Shown: positions 12,815 to 25,871, counted from the stretch's first letter. The stretch is DNA of 64,000 nt from Octopus sinensis (GCF_006345805.1 NC_043005.1:24862001-24926000); one strand, 5' to 3'. The notes: generated by a model from the letters alone, not told the origin. Numbers and translations: made by a program.

Positions 12815-13414
12815 AAAGATGGTTTTGACAGGATTTGAAACCTCTTAATTGCTTCTAATTCAGACACGAGACCAATAGGTTTGGGTAGCGGAGATAAGTC
12901 GATACAACTGAGCTCAAAACTTGAAGGGTACTTTATTTTATCAACCCTTAAAGAATGAAAGACAAAGTTGGCTTCGGTGTGATTTGAACGTAAAAAAAAA
13001 TCGAAACGAATACCAGAAAGCAATTTTCCCAACGGAAATTAATTGATTTCATAGTTCCCGAAATAATAAAGGGTTAAGTTTGCTTGAAAGATATTTAAAC
13101 TTAGAACATAAAGGGCCGGAATAAATAAGGTATTTTTTGGTCAATGCTCCAACAATTCCGCTAATCCATTACTTGGCAACAATTAGTAAATGGTATCTAA
13201 CTTTAGTACACGACGTGTACTAAGCGATGATGTTGCTTGTATAGGTTGGTCCCTATTTTATCGGGTCTGGAACTATTAGAAAGGTAAAATGAATTTCCAG
13301 CGGAAATTGAACTAGAACATAAATGGGACGTTAACTAGATAACACAGGGCATTTAATCTGTCGCTCCACCAGTTATATCCGCCGTATAATGAGGATCATG
13401 ATAACAGTCTTCTC

Positions 13415-13635
13415 TCTCAATATCTCTCCCTCTCTCAATCTCTCTTTCTTTCTCTCTCTCGGTGTGTGTGTGTGTGTATATATATATATTTGCACATATA
13501 CACACACACATATGCATATATATATATGCATATGCATATATATATATGCATATATATATATATGCATATATATATATACGCATATACATATATATGCATA
13601 TATATATATATATATGCACATACATATATAATCGC

Positions 13636-13666
<31 letters not shown>

Positions 13667-13671
13667 ATACA

Positions 13672-13725
<54 letters not shown>

Positions 13726-13800
13726 AAAACATGATTCTTCAGATAGAAATGGAATTTCCACCCCCTCTCTCTTTCACACACACACACACACACACACATT
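13415..13800. repeat. Compound (CT)/(TG)/(TA)/(CA) microsatellite
   Basis: Directly visible; explains ORFs 13353-13847 and the overlapping ones. Confidence 0.95.
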
Positions 13801-14228
13801 ACCATTATATTTGCAGTGAAGTGACTTATGTAGCGGTGGTATAACAACAGCTGTCACAACTTATCATCTCACCGACTTTTATTCTTGTAACTATTCTGGT
13901 TTTTCCTTAACAGGGAAAAAAAAAAGGAACCTTTCCTGTGTTACGCCCAGATATCTCCAAATATTTCCTGATAAGATTTCGCTTTGATCTAATCTTAACT
14001 ATTTACCATATATTTGACAAATGTTTCTAAGAGTACGCCAATGCTACCACGGTTCTTTGGTCGTATTCTTTTGATGGAATGGAATGGCGAAAGAAATTAT
14101 GTTCAAATGATATGTTTTAGTAAATAATGTGTAGATATCATACATACGCGCGCGCACACACACAGAGGCTGTCCCATAGAAAGTATCTAGGCTTTTAGTC
14201 AATATATATTGTCTGGTATATCTTCTAT

Positions 14229-14577
14229 GTGGAAGCGCAATGGCCCAGTGGTTATGGCAGAGGGCTCGCGGTTTCGATTCCCTGACCGTACATTGTGAGT
14301 GTTTATTGAGCGAAAACGCCTAAAAGCTTCACGGGGCTCCGGCAGGTGGCGAACCTTGCTGTACTCTTTCACCACAACTTTCTCTCGCTCATTCTTCCTG
14401 TTTCTGTTGTACCTGTATTTCAAAGGGTCAGCCTTGTCACGCTCTGTGTCACGCTGAATCTCCCTGAGAACTACGTTAAGGGTACATGTGTCTGTGGAGT
14501 GCTTAGTCACTTACACGTTAATTTCACGTGCAGGCTGTTCCGTTAATCAACTGGAAGTCTCGTAACCGACGGAGTGC
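14229..14577 (+). mobile_element. SINE family C (tRNA-Arg-like head)
   Basis: Head GCGCAATGGCCCAGTGGTT...GGTTTCGATTCC; body closely similar to 16469-16853 and 50379-50760. Confidence 0.85.
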
Positions 14578-14631
14578 CGCGATATCTTCTATAGTATAAC
14601 AGTGAGACTGAACTGTTAGCAGTGTTTCCTT

Positions 14632-14976
14632 TTACTCTTTTACTTGTTTCAGTCATTTGACTGCGGCCAGGACTTATTCTTTGTAAGCCTAGTACTTATT
14701 CTATCGGCCTCTTTTGCCGAACCGCTAAATTACGAGGACATAAACACACCAGCACCGGTTGTCAAGTGATGTTGGGGGGACAAACACAGACACACACACA
14801 TATATATATATATACATATATACGACGGGCTTCTTTCAGTTTTCGTTTGCCAAATCCACTCACAAGTCTTTGGTCGGCCCGAGGCTATAGTAGAAGACAC
14901 TTGCCCGAGGTGCCACAGTGGATCTGAACCCGGAATCATGTGCTTGGTAAGCAAGCTACTTACCACACAGCCACTC
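14632..14976 (-). mobile_element. SINE family A copy with a small internal deletion
   Basis: Reverse-complement family A consensus with a central (CA)(TA) tract. Confidence 0.85.
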
Positions 14977-16468
14977 ATGTTGCTGTTCAAACGTGCGCAT
15001 TGTTGTATCTTGGGAGGGTCATTATGCCACTAACAGATACACACATTGGCTCTGATTCACTCTTATTATTACTAGTCAATCGGTTAACCATTTGACCTAC
15101 TAACTGATCGATTGTTTTATTGATTGATCAGACGATTAATCAGTCGGTTAAATTTACCAAAATCCTTTCGACGATTTCGTAACCTCATCAATGACATGCT
15201 CTCCCCCCTCCGACTAATTTCCTTGAGAAGCATTGTGTGCATGTCATGCAATTTTCGCGGGAAAACACAAAAATGATTATTCAATGCTTTCTTCCGTTCC
15301 TTTTCTTTTTCACAGGAATGAAGTTATTATCTATAGTCAATTTAGATAGATAGATAGATAGATAGAGAGGGTGATGGAGAGTAAGAGGGGCAAGAAAGAA
15401 GAGTCGACCCCTTTATTTGTCGATTAGGAAAGGATGAATAACTATGTCGACCTTGGCAGTATCTCGGCTGTATTTGAACTCGGATCGCAGAGAGCCGAAG
15501 TAAATACTGTAAAGCCATTCTATTCGATGCTTTAACGACTCTTTTAATTCACTGATTTTGGTGGAATCTTGGACTAAGTTGCTAATGTGTCCCTTTCTTA
15601 AATATTTTAAGGTATCGTATGAAGGAAGTTTGGCTGTTAGAACCTGCTGTTTCTAACAGGTTTAAGCAACTCCCTCGGTGGTTGTCGAATATCTCGTTAA
15701 CTTGGTAACCTTACGCATATTTTTATGGGATAAAGACAAAGGTGGGGGAGAAGGGAAGCAGTACTGTCGTAGTGTGATCGTTTGTAAACCCACTCGGCAA
15801 ATTGGTGAGACTGATGCAGTTGATATTCATATTGGACAACTGTAGATTCATGTTTACAGACTAAATAAAAAAAAAGTCTGGGTACAAAAAACAAAAACAA
15901 ACAACAACAACAAAATACTGTATTAAGATAATGTGTGTTTTTCAACATCTGCTCTTTTGTTCATTGTTTTTCAGGCCTTCATCTCCTTCCACTCAATGTT
16001 TGTAAATCAATCCAGATTTGTAGATACAGTTGTCTGGCCTGTCTGCTTCTCTTTCTCTTTCGCTTCTCTCGTCATATTAGTGAAAATATTTGGAACTTCG
16101 ATACTGTGTTTGAACTGTTTTCTTGTACATTATATTAAACACTTTCATTTTCTTCATTAGCATTAACAAAAAAATTCCTTGTGGAAATTAAAAACAAAAA
16201 TATATAATGCTTCTTGTAAAGGTGGCGAAATCCATTTAGCACTGGGCACCATCATCCTTAGGAAAGGTTCTGGCTTAGACCTGTGACCTGGTCGGAAGCT
16301 TTGCAAGTGGACTTTGCCAAAAGGCACGCAGTGGTCAAGTGATATTGGTGTGGGCCACGGCGTCACAGTCGCCACAATCCCACAAATGTCGATGTTGTTA
16401 AGAACTGGGTCCTTAATTTTTAAGTCGAATGATTTCCGTCGTATCATACGGTGGGTATTTAAACCTGA

Positions 16469-16853
16469 GTGGAGGCGCAATGGCCCAGTGGTTAGGGCAG
16501 CGGACTCGCGGTCATAGGATTGCGGTTTCGATTCCCAGACCGGGCGTTGTGAGTGTTTATTGAGCGAAAACACCTAAAGGTTCCACGAGGCTCCGGCAGG
16601 GGATGGTGGTGATCCCTACTGTACTCTTTCACCACAACTTTCTCTCACTCTTACTTCCAGTTTCTGTTGTACCTATATTTCAAAGGGCCGGCCTTGTCAC
16701 TCTCTGTGTCACGCTGAATATCCCCGAGAACTACGTTAAGGGTACACGTGTCTGTGGAGTGCTCAGCCACTTACACGTTAATTTCACGAGCAGGCTGTTC
16801 CGTTGATTCGGATCAACCGGAACCCTCGTCGTCGTAACCGACGGAGTGCTTCC
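16469..16853 (+). mobile_element. SINE family C, full length, probable TSD
   Basis: A/B-box head. Flanked by ATTTAAACCTGA (16457-16468) and ATTTAACCCTGA (16858-16869), one mismatch. Confidence 0.88.
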
Positions 16854-17966
16854 ATCCATTTAACCCTGACAGAACCCATCCCTCTCGAGGTCCGTACAAA
16901 GCCGATTTCTTTCAAAGAGAAGTAAAGAAAAGAAAGTTAGAGAAAGACAGGAAAAAATTGACTTCAGTATTTTAATTTTTGACCTCTAGAGGATAAAAGG
17001 CGAGATTAGCCTCGGCGGCATTTGAATTCAAAGTGCAGAAAGAGAGGCAAAACTAATACCATGAAGTAGTAAATCTATCCGATGCGTTAATTACTCTGCT
17101 ATATCGCCTTTTTATAGATGTTAGCAGTACTCCGAGGTGTTGATGGGAACTTATTTATACCAGTAATTCAAACACCTCTAGCTTCTGGTTATCTTTAGTA
17201 AAATGAAATCATGATCGCCATTTTCCGCCTCATAAGGTTTTCGTTTCTCAATTGTATTCCAGTTGTAATCAGACCGTCATTTTGTCCGCTTCTAGACTAC
17301 CATATTACCCGATGTGACTTTTCTTAAAAAAAAATAAAAAGAAAAGCAACGCATGATTTGAGGAAAATTTGGCTACTGTTTCTCCACGATGTGACAGCTG
17401 CTCTCCTGGCACCTAAAAAAAAAAGTTAGCAGAAGCTTGGTACCGACTGCAGAGATTTTTATATTATATTTTATGCAGAATTTTGTAGAGGGGGGGGGAG
17501 AGAGAGAGAGAGAGAGGGAGGAGGGAGCTGGAGAGTGTGGAAGGAAAAAGAGAAATAATGAGAAATGGGGGGGGGGAAGCTAGAAAGGAGGTAGAATGAG
17601 GAGGGTTGGGATGTAACGAAGAATTCATTTTGCATATTTTTGGACAGGTTCGTTGTTGAAAATTTAATAATGCGATTGGTCCAGGTCTTCTGACGTCATG
17701 CTCTCGACGATTACGCGAAGACTTAACAAATTGCCCTTACACACACACTCTCTCTCTTTCCCCCCCACTCTCCCACACATATTTGTTCACGCATTTACAT
17801 TTTTTCTTTTGTTATTATATACAATGGTATTTATTCATACACTCCATACACGCAGAATGTCATCCATTCAGATATTGTTGATGTTTACCGTTGTGTGCAT
17901 GTATATACATACGCACGCTTGTATGTGTGTGCCTGTGTGAGCGTAAGTATAAGTGTAAAATTGAAG

Positions 17967-18002
<36 letters not shown>

Positions 18003-18384
18003 CTGTGTGTGGGCGCGAGCGTACGTGTGTCTATGTGAGCGAAACTGGTCGACGGACCGGTTAGAGAATTGGGTTCGCCGTCTTGAGGTCATTGGTTCAT
18101 TTCTTGTATGGGATTTTGACCTTAAGCAAATCTCTTTATTTCACGTTACTCCAGTATACACAGCTATAAATGAGTACCAGCCAAATGCTCGACCAGCTCT
18201 CTCTCTCTCTCTCTCTCTCTCTCGCTTTTTCTTTTTCTTTCAGCCTATTCTGCAGGGATGGCTGTTCGAGGGGCTGACTGTTCGGTATCTCATAGGCACC
18301 TAAAAAATTAGCGAAAGCATGGTACATTCTATTAAGTAGTACACAATTGCACAAATATATATATATATATATATATACACACTT

Positions 18385-18589
18385 TTTTACTCTTCACTCT
18401 TCTACTTGTTTCAGTCATTTGACTGTTGCCATGCTGGAGCACCGCCTTTAGTCGAGAAAATTGACCCTAGGACTTATTCTTTGTAAGCCTGGTACTTATT
18501 CTGTCGGTCTCTTCTGCCGCCGAACCGCTAAGTTACGGGGACGTAAACACACCAGCATCGGTTGTCAAGCGATATTATACACACACACA

Positions 18590-18663
<74 letters not shown>

Positions 18664-18818
18664 GACAGGCTTCTTTCAGTTTCCGTCTGCCAAATCCACT
18701 CACAAGGCTTTGGTCGGCCCGAGGCTATAGTAGAAGACACTTGCCCAAGGTGCCACGCAGTGGGACTGAACCCGGAACCATGTGGTTGGTAAGCAAGCTA
18801 CTTACCACACAGCCACTC
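18385..18818 (-). mobile_element. SINE family A copy
   Basis: Full consensus with intact CpGs and a central (CA)n(TA)n tract. Confidence 0.88.
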
Positions 18819-19730
18819 TTTCGCCGATATATATGTATATAGTTGAAAAAATTTGTCATAGGTATAAAAATACTATATGGTATTTTTATACCGATAACGA
18901 AGTTTTTCAATTGTTATTTTCATATTCTTAATACTTGCTCTGGCTGATTTTTATGAATATGATAAATTTTTATTGGAAATTATTTTCTCTCTCTTTTTGG
19001 ATCCTTCAAAAAGTTTGAATTGTTCTTTTTGAACTTATTTTCTCTCTAGAAAAGAAATGTAAGAGTCACAGAAAGTTTGTATGATAAAATTTGTGGTGAT
19101 ATTAGGATCATATTTACATCATTACAAATGAAATAATTACCGGTTTCAGGATCAACGATTCTCAACTTGTATAGAGAAAACTTTTTTTGCTGTCAGTAGG
19201 ACGCCATCTTTGAAAAAGAAGTAAACAGAGATGAAGTAATATGTCAAGGGGAGCAACTCTTATTTTTTCACGAAGATCTTCAGTGCTTTTGGCAAGCATA
19301 CCATTATAGGAGTTATTTCATTTTATACACAGTTAATTTATATTAAAAATAAAATAATAATAATAATAATAATGAAATTATTGTATACAGTGCTCAGGTG
19401 CACCACAACTTGTCAGAAAGTGCATATAAAGTACATGCAGTAATGTAGAAATGTCTGGAAAGCTAACAATGTATGAGTCAGATACATGCTTGTGTGTGTA
19501 TGGAGGGGAGAAAATCAAGTGTAGTGTTGGCGAATCTCAGGAAGCATGGAAGTTTTGAAGGATGCAGTGCACCGTACTAGGTTTTAAAGATTAAGGAGTA
19601 ATGTGTGAATGATTGTATATGGATATATTTTATGCTCTAACATCTAATTTTATCTCCATACACACACACACACACACACATGAAGTATGAACAGTAATTT
19701 ATACCTAAAAACTGTGGTTGGCAAACTCCC

Positions 19731-20150
19731 TTTACTCTTTTACTTGTTTCAGTCATTTGACTGCGGCCATGCTGGAGCACCGCCTTTAGTCGAGCAAATC
19801 GACCCCGGGACTTATTCTTTCTTTGTAAGCCCAGTACTTATTTTATCGGTCTCTTTTGCCGAACCGCTAAGTGACGGGGACGTAAACACACCAGCATCGG
19901 TTGTCAAGCAATGCTAGGGGGACAAACACAGACATACAAACATATACACACACACTTATATATATATATATATATATACATATATACGACAGGCTTCTTT
20001 CAGTTTCCGTCTACCAAATCCACTCACAAGGCATTGGTCGGCCCGGGGCTATAGCAGAAGACACTTGCCCAAGATACCACGCAGTGGGACTGAACCCGGA
20101 ACCATGTGGTTGGTTAGCAAGCTACTTACCACACAGCCACTCCTGCGCCT
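19731..20150 (-). mobile_element. SINE family A copy
   Basis: Full consensus, near-identical to 31751-32178. Confidence 0.88.
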
Positions 20151-20384
20151 ATATATATATAACTTTTATGTATTTGTTGAAATTCCATAATTGAATAAAA
20201 TAAATCAGTCCAATAGAAAATGAAAATGAACGATAAAGCAATTGCCAAGGTATGAATACTTATGACTCTATAAGAGTCATGTCGGACCTCTCATGACTCA
20301 GGTTTGAATATGTATGGGTGTCCAGGAGTCAAGTAATTAAATGACAATTAGTAATACAATTAAAATTAAAACACACACACACAA

Positions 20385-20616
20385 ATGGTTGGCCAATAGT
20401 CACCCGACAGTAAATCAAAATTACATAAATACTATCTGTAATTTTGTATTGACTCGAATGGAAAAATGTGTCGCTCAATAAGGACATCAGTTTGAACAAT
20501 TTTCATGATGTTTCATATTTAGACGCTTTTATTAAATTCATTCAGTAATTAAACATAAATAAATCTTGGAGTTAAATGGTTTTGATTAACTGTCAGGTGA
20601 GTTTTGGCCAACTCTG
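20385..20616. mobile_element. Tc1/mariner-type MITE
   Basis: Imperfect TIRs GTTGGCCAATAGTCACCCGACAGTAAATCAAAA / TTTTGATTAACTGTCAGGTGAGTTTTGGCCAAC; right end followed by TA. A one-ended copy lies at ~51025-51108. Confidence 0.7.
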
Positions 20617-20829
20617 TATATGTATATATATATATATATATATATAAAAAGACTTTTTCACTTTCTGAGCTTTAAACTAATACATCACTAGACTCCTCTG
20701 TTGATGAAAAATCGGTCCAATTCACTATGACGTCTGAAGCTTTTGAACTATTCGTAACTTTTTTTTTACATTTTCTAAACTTTTTTTTTTATAGTTTCTA
20801 AACTTTTTTTTTATGTACACAGTCTTTAT

Positions 20830-20975
20830 TTTCTCTCCTTGTTTCTTTCTGTGGAAGAGCGTAGGCTCGAAATGTTAAAGACTTTTTCGCTTCCCGAGCG
20901 TTATACTAATACATCTGTTTGTTGTCTACACCACCTCTCTTCGTCTTTTGTTTTTTTTTTTGTCAATTCTCCCTA
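20830..20975 (+). mobile_element. Short dispersed repeat carrying a minimal hammerhead-like motif (Penelope-associated type)
   Basis: CTTT-CTGTGGA-A-GAGCGTAGGCTC-GAAA-TGTT-AAAG at 20845-20880. The downstream ACTAATACATCTG..ACACC..TCTTCG is shared with ~29040-29210 and, reversed, ~60100-60230. Confidence 0.55.
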
Positions 20976-20983
20976 TATATATA

Positions 20984-21115
20984 TACGACGAGCTTCTTTA
21001 ATTTTCCGCCTACCAAATCCACTCACGAGGATTTGGTCGACCTGAGATTGTAGCAGAAGCCACTTTTCCAAGGTGCCACGCAGTTGGACTGAACCTGGAA
21101 CCATATGGTTGAGAA
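20984..21115 (-). mobile_element. SINE family A, 5' half only
   Basis: Head/CORE half of the consensus, truncated at the microsatellite. Confidence 0.75.
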
Positions 21116-21117
21116 GA

Positions 21118-21152
<35 letters not shown>

Positions 21153-21424
21153 GTGTGTCTGACCTCTACTACATTGCTTCCAAATACAAATGAGTTTATA
21201 TATATATGTATGTATGTGAGTATGTATGTCTGCGCGTGTGCGTTTGTGTGTGTGTGTGTGTGTGCACACATAGTGTTTAATCCATTTAACCTATTTTTTC
21301 TCAGGTAAATTGAAATTCTTTTCAAGTACGTCCTTCTCTAAATATATTATTTCTTTGTATTTGTTCAGAAATTTGCGGATACTTTTCGTAAGTTTGAGCA
21401 ATGCGTCAGCGGTACTCCCCACCA

Positions 21425-21471
<47 letters not shown>

Positions 21472-23191
21472 GATGATGGTGGTGATGGTAATAATCTTTC
21501 CATTATTGTCACAGGAGTGGTAGATGAGGGGAAATGTCGCCAAGACAAAAGTACAAAAACGGCCGGGATTTCACAATACAATATGAAGAAAATGGGTCTG
21601 ACAACGAAAAAAATAAAAAAAAAGGAAGAGAAAAAAAACACAATATAAAGAAAATGATGTGAAACGTTCCAATTAGAGAATAGCCACCTGACGCCAGTCA
21701 GAGAATCCTGCAGAGCTGGTTTAGTCTTACTGTCAACAGTAAGTTCCCCACCTCTCAGTTTATAGTCACCAGCTGTAGTTTCCCCCATTTATTCGGACCG
21801 TACCCGCCACTCTCATCCACCTTTTCGCCGGGAGACAATACACCCCCTCCCTCCACTCTTCTCTCTTATCTTCTCTTCTTAAATTAGGAACAGAAGTTGG
21901 TGACGGCTTGGTCGGAGAGTAAATTGCCTGTCCTCATTTCTTTCAATCTTGTCCAGTATACAGTACTTTTTTTTTTCTTGTCATAGCCACCTGGTCAACA
22001 GAAGGCAGCACGGGGATCTTCACGATAGAATCGGTTGACAAATGAATGTAGGTGTGGGACGTAAGTTTGGTTCTTTATGCGTTGAGTTCATATGTCACCA
22101 AGGTCACTCTGCTTTGGATACTTCCGGAGTCAATGAAATATCTACTAAGTACTGAGATCAATATAATCGATTATTTGCTTTCCTCGATTTTCAGGCCTGA
22201 CGTCTTGCCTTGTCCCAGTTCACGTCCGGGTGATCTGAAACGTCAGCTCTTTCGCTTTTTGTAGAGGGAGCGCGCTTTACTGATCAAGTGTTCCATTTGC
22301 TATTAACATCTGCTGCATGGAGCACTGGACATGCTGTGGATGATGATGCTTTAGCATACGCTGAGGTTGTGACCTCTCCGGCGATTCCTTAGACGGTCAG
22401 CAGATGTGGCCACCATTTGTCAGACATATTTTTCCACAGCTCATCATTTGATAGATTTGCAGTTCAGGGCCCAGCAAAGACATCACAGCTCTCTACCACC
22501 TGGGCAGTGAGGCAGGTGAAAGTTCTATGTTGGTGTCCTGTTGAGGATTAGTGGTGGACAATAGTGACGACGTTCTCGTGGAAACCCTGGGTTTCAATGA
22601 AGATCAACTGACTTATTCCGGAGGAATACTATAAGAGTGCTGGCATTACTATAAGAGTAATGGTTTAAAATGAACCTTGCAAACACGGAAATATCAGGCC
22701 TGTTCAAAATGTGTTTAAGGCAAAGAAACAGTTCTGCACGCCCTCGTCCATGCTGACTTGTGGAGTTATGCCGGAGAGCTGCTCTTATGTGCTATCAGCT
22801 GAGTCCATTGCGGAAATCATCCCACCGCCTTCATCTGACCAGGAAGGGCAAACAGTTTTTATCTATCAGGTGGCCTTACTAAAAGAGGTTGGGTGGCGGA
22901 CGAGATAGAAAGGGCTGAAAACAGATACCTTCCTTTTTTTGGGTTGAGTCCTCATCAATGTTTTTCTAGTTTCATTTCAAAATGAAAGATTGATGGTGGA
23001 GAGGTAAGTGCTGCCTCTTAGCAAACTTGTTTAGATGTGTATGAGAATGGTGAGCACGATACGTGCGAACGGGTTTGCTCTTAGCATGCACCTGTCGATT
23101 GGAGACAGATAGCAGTGATTAGGTTCTGCCCTTAATTGTTACAAAACACACACAGGTAATAAGGAAGAATGAGGCAAAAACCTAATCCAAT

Positions 23192-23595
23192 ATATTCTTT
23201 TCTACTCTAGGCTCAAGGCCCGAAATTTTCGGGGAGGGAGCCAGTCGATTATATCGACCCCAGTACGCAACTGGTACTTAATTCATCGATCCTGAGAAGA
23301 TAAAAGGCAAAGTCGACCTCGGAGGAATTTGAACTCAGAACGTAACAGCAGGCGAAATACCTATTTCTTTACTACCCACAAGGGGCTAAATACAGAGAGG
23401 ACAAACAAGGACAGACAAACGGATTAAGTCGATTATATCGACCCCAGTGTGTAACTGGTACTTAATTAATCGACCCCGAATGGATGAAAGGCAAAGTCGA
23501 CCTCGGCGGAATTTGAACTCAGAACGTAGCGGCAGACGAAATACTGCTAAGCATTTCGCCCGGCGTGCTAACGTTTCTACCAGCTCGCCACCTTC
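23192..23595 (-). mobile_element. SINE family B, head-to-tail dimer
   Basis: Two core units; junction GAAATACCTATTTCTTT at ~23354-23370. Confidence 0.85.
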
Positions 23596-24354
23596 CTAAT
23601 CCAATGTATTAAAGGTAAAATTTAGTTTCATTCAACGAAAATGGGCAATACAGTGTTGTAGTTTTGGGTGGAGATAGCAATTGTCTGAGATGTCAATTGG
23701 TGGTGGCTCGTTGTGGATATTACAGTATTCGCTGTTGATATGTTGCCCGTGTTATGTTGTGTTATTTGAGGGAGATTTGGTTGATATTTCTAGCAGCTCG
23801 AGACTATGTTGGTGCTCTTTGTTGTTGTTGTTGTTGCAATATAACATATGGAGGTAATTTAGATTTATGTTCAGTGAGTACATTCTCAGTTGAAACGTGT
23901 TTCACAGTCGGTTTATTAGTTCGTGATTACTTCCCTTTACAGAGCCAGTGTTTTGGTTTACAACTTCGTACACACTACATCACATGCTGCATAGCTCAGG
24001 CTTTCATCTCCCCTGTGATATAAGCCCAGTTGTTTTTCTGGCCTCCACTAAACATATGGTACAGCAGGTTTGTTTTAACAGCATGTAAGAAATTCATAAA
24101 AACAAACACTTTAAACAACATGCGGTGTGATGAAGCGTTGAAAGAGCTTGTACGTGGTGCCTCGAACGGGTAGAAATCGCTGTCAGTTCTTACTCACATC
24201 GCAGTATGTTATCTTAGGAACTAATAACCTTTATATCTAAACTACAATTGTAATGTTTTTATCCACCAAGACAGTAATTTTGCTTGAAATGAATGCTATG
24301 AAGTCTGGAAAAGGGGCAGAAAGGATTGTTGTATTTACTAATATTAATATGGGT

Positions 24355-24570
24355 TTAGGCAGCGAGCCGGCAGAATCCTGAGCTCGCCGGCAAAATGCTT
24401 AGCGACATCGACCCCAGTGCGTAACTGGTACTAATTTTATTGACGTACCCCGAAATGGTGAAAGGCAAAATCGATCTCGGCGGAATTTGAACTTAGATCG
24501 TAACGGCAGGCGAAATACTGCTAAGCATTTCGTCCGGCGTGCTAACGATTCTGCCAGCTCGCCGCCTTTC
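24355..24570. mobile_element. SINE family B: short plus-strand head fused to a minus-strand copy
   Basis: GGCAGCGAGCCGGCAGAATC... (plus) directly joins ATCGACCCCAGTGCGTAACTGG...CCAGCTCGCCGCC (minus). Confidence 0.7.
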
Positions 24571-24738
24571 TACAACACTAAATATGACAACTGTTCTAGT
24601 GATGAGAAAGCAAGAAGCTGTTATATCCTTAAGCTCACTGAGAAGGCATCAAGGTGGACGATGACGAGCATCTCTGCAATTGGGTACGTCTTCAATTGTC
24701 TCAACACAGCAATATCATGGATACGGATTAGCGGTTGT

Positions 24739-25553
24739 CAAAAATTAATTGCAATAAATTAATTTACTGATAAGCTCTTTTCAATTGCAATAATTTATTG
24801 CGAAGCTACGATTATTGCAATAATTTATTGCGAAGATTGCAATTAATTGCAAAAGAGATGGGTGCCAGCCAACCACGTTATATTAATACAGCATTCATTT
24901 TGTCAACGACTGACTTGGTTGAAAGGTTCTTCAGTGTAGCAACGAATGCCTTCGGTGATACAAGATATCAATTATCATCCGTAAATCTGGAGATGCAACT
25001 ATTTTTGAGAGTGAATGATCATCATTGGGATAACGAACTTGTTTCGCGTATCGTTTCATCCAATCCCCTCATGTAAATTGTTAAACGCATACTCATTTTA
25101 ATTGCTAATAGTATGAAACCGTCCTTTTTCCATTCATACGTTTTTTTTTGTCTTGATTGGGATGGTATGGGCTCTAAGGGGAGTGTTGTAGGCATGCTTT
25201 TCCATCCTAGGTCATATCACACATTGGTGGTCGATTTTGTCATTCTGGCAGGCGGTGTAAGAATTTTTAGAAAATTGCGGGTAATCCAAACATCTTTCGG
25301 ACAGCAAAGTGATAGATCAATCAAAATTGACAAATTAGAGCATTTCATTAGAAATGCACTGTTATTTTTGCAAAAAATGACACTTCTGGATGCGTAAAAT
25401 TTTTTACAAGGGGCTTTTCTGGAGAGCATTGCAATTTATTGCAATTAATTGCAATTATTTATTGCGACGAAAGAAAAATGCAATTTATTTATTGCAACAA
25501 AAAATTAAATTCAATAAATTTATTGCAACGAAATAAATTTATTGCAAGTTCTG
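24739..25553 (+). mobile_element. Internally deleted hAT-like transposon
   Basis: ORF 24798-25076 contains TTDLVERFFS...NLEMQLFLRVN...W (hAT C-terminal dimerisation-type motif ERxFS). Both ends carry arrays of ATTGCAAT/AATTTATTGC, and the right end reads AATTTATTGCAAGTTCTG. Confidence 0.65.
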
Positions 25554-25816
25554 CAATGCATTTTTGACAATGCCTGATACGGATACAGGCCTTTGCAGGA
25601 CAGGCAATATGGGGATCGAACTCGCCACCCTTTCTCTCCACTCTTATAATAATTATTGGCGAATGTGCCCAGAATAATGAAGAGTTTTTGGAAAACATCT
25701 TATTCTCTGTAACGAGGAAACAAGCGAGACACTATACATACATACACACACGCACACATACATACACACATGCATGCATATGTACATGCATGCATTTTTA
25801 TATAAACGCACTCTTC

Positions 25817-25854
<38 letters not shown>

Positions 25855-25871
25855 AATAATTAAATAGATTT

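Noticed and set aside
13203-13223. Small perfect hairpin TTAGTACAC-GAC-GTGTACTAA
   Set aside because: A 9-bp stem in AT-rich DNA with no supporting context; compatible with chance.
13353-13847. Cluster of long ORFs rich in YI/CV/HT (also 5660-6165, 39861-40153, 41624-42155, 52349-53886, 61528-62308)
   Set aside because: These are translations of (TA)/(TG)/(CA) microsatellites, which lack stop codons in some frames.
16469-16540. tRNA-like sequences at SINE heads
   Set aside because: A and B boxes are present, but the acceptor stem is not closed and each continues into a SINE body; not tRNA genes.
22970-23003. 34-nt plus-strand exon candidate (TAG|...GAG|GTAAGT)
   Set aside because: Good splice sites, but frame-shifting length, no partner exon, and located in the CpG-intact, apparently intergenic half; chance cannot be excluded.
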